Shown in pieces: positions 63,495 through 64,000 of a stretch of DNA of 64,000 bases (the first letter of the stretch is position 1; the number at the start of each line of letters is the position of its first letter). The DNA is from Phoronis australis. Taxonomy: Eukaryota; Animalia; Phoronida. The notes beneath the pieces are model-generated. The model saw only the letters and a list, made by a program, of their open reading frames with translations, searched no databases and was not told the DNA's origin. Location: the NCBI GenBank assembly GCA_002633005.1, contig NMRA01000288.1:426685-490684 (forward strand). Reading direction: 5' to 3'. The position numbers and the translations under genes were made by a program.

Positions 63495-63642
63495 TGATTT
63501 TCAAAATTTGATTCGTTTTCGTAGTATGTCTTTTTTCCTTATGGTTCAGGGCTACTTCTGAATCCAGGAACAAGAACTGAAAAAGGCAGGCTTCGTGATA
63601 ACGTTGGAGAACGGTAACATTTAAATAAGGTGTTATAACAGT
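63495..63642 (+). repeat. Interspersed repeat, copy of about 56952-57100
   Basis: Shared gattttc.aaatttgattcg...ttcgtgataacgttggagaacggtaacattta.ataaggtgtta. Confidence 0.7.
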
Positions 63643-63644
63643 TT

Positions 63645-64000
63645 CCCAGTTTTTTACGCTGATGACACTGCAATTATGTCCACAGCTGGATCGGTTAATG
63701 AACTCGAAACTTCTCTCAACAATGAGCTAGCCATTATCCATGACTGGCTGATTCAAAATAAACTCACTCTTAACGTTAGTAAAACCAAGTCGATGCTGTT
63801 TGGAACCCACCAGAAATTAAAGCAACAAAAACTATCCCTTTCTATCAACGGTTCTCCCATCGAGAATGTTGACAAGTTTAAGTACTTGGGCCTTATTTTA
63901 GATCCCAATCTTAAATTTAATATGCACATAGATCATATCACAAAGAAATTATCAAAGAAAATCGGTGTACTTAAACGTCTAGGCAAATTTCTTAATGTCC
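63645..64000 (+). mobile_element. 5'-truncated CR1/L2-group LINE reverse transcriptase, running off the window
   Basis: Open frame FYADDTAIM...ELAIIHDWLIQNKLTLNVSKTKSMLFG...FKYLGLILDPNLKFNMHIDHITKKLSKKIGVLKRL. Confidence 0.88.

Overview
Eukaryotic (animal, probably marine invertebrate) genomic DNA, not prokaryotic: it has spliceosomal introns, microsatellites, an N gap and dense nested transposons. Most of the window (about 2.1-50.5 kb, minus strand) is one large multi-exon gene that I reconstructed from GT/AG boundaries and exon phases. It encodes a type I membrane protein: Ig domain (2 exons), 13 phase-1 FN3 exons, 2 TSP1 exons, then a last exon with a TM helix and a short acidic/Pro-rich tail with no catalytic domain. 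The 5' or signal-peptide exon was not identified. The introns hold an internally deleted L1/Tx1, an intronless TatD-like nuclease pseudogene directly after a Gypsy integrase remnant and a kinase remnant, three TTAA-flanked THAP-bearing Kolobok elements, Gypsy remnants, MITEs (one inside a coding FN3 exon) and a repeat with regularly spaced CTCF-like motifs. Beyond 50.5 kb lie a P-like element with 7-bp TSDs, a 36-bp probable P excision footprint and a CR1/L2-type RT. Family assignments come from motif recognition by eye; no searches were run.
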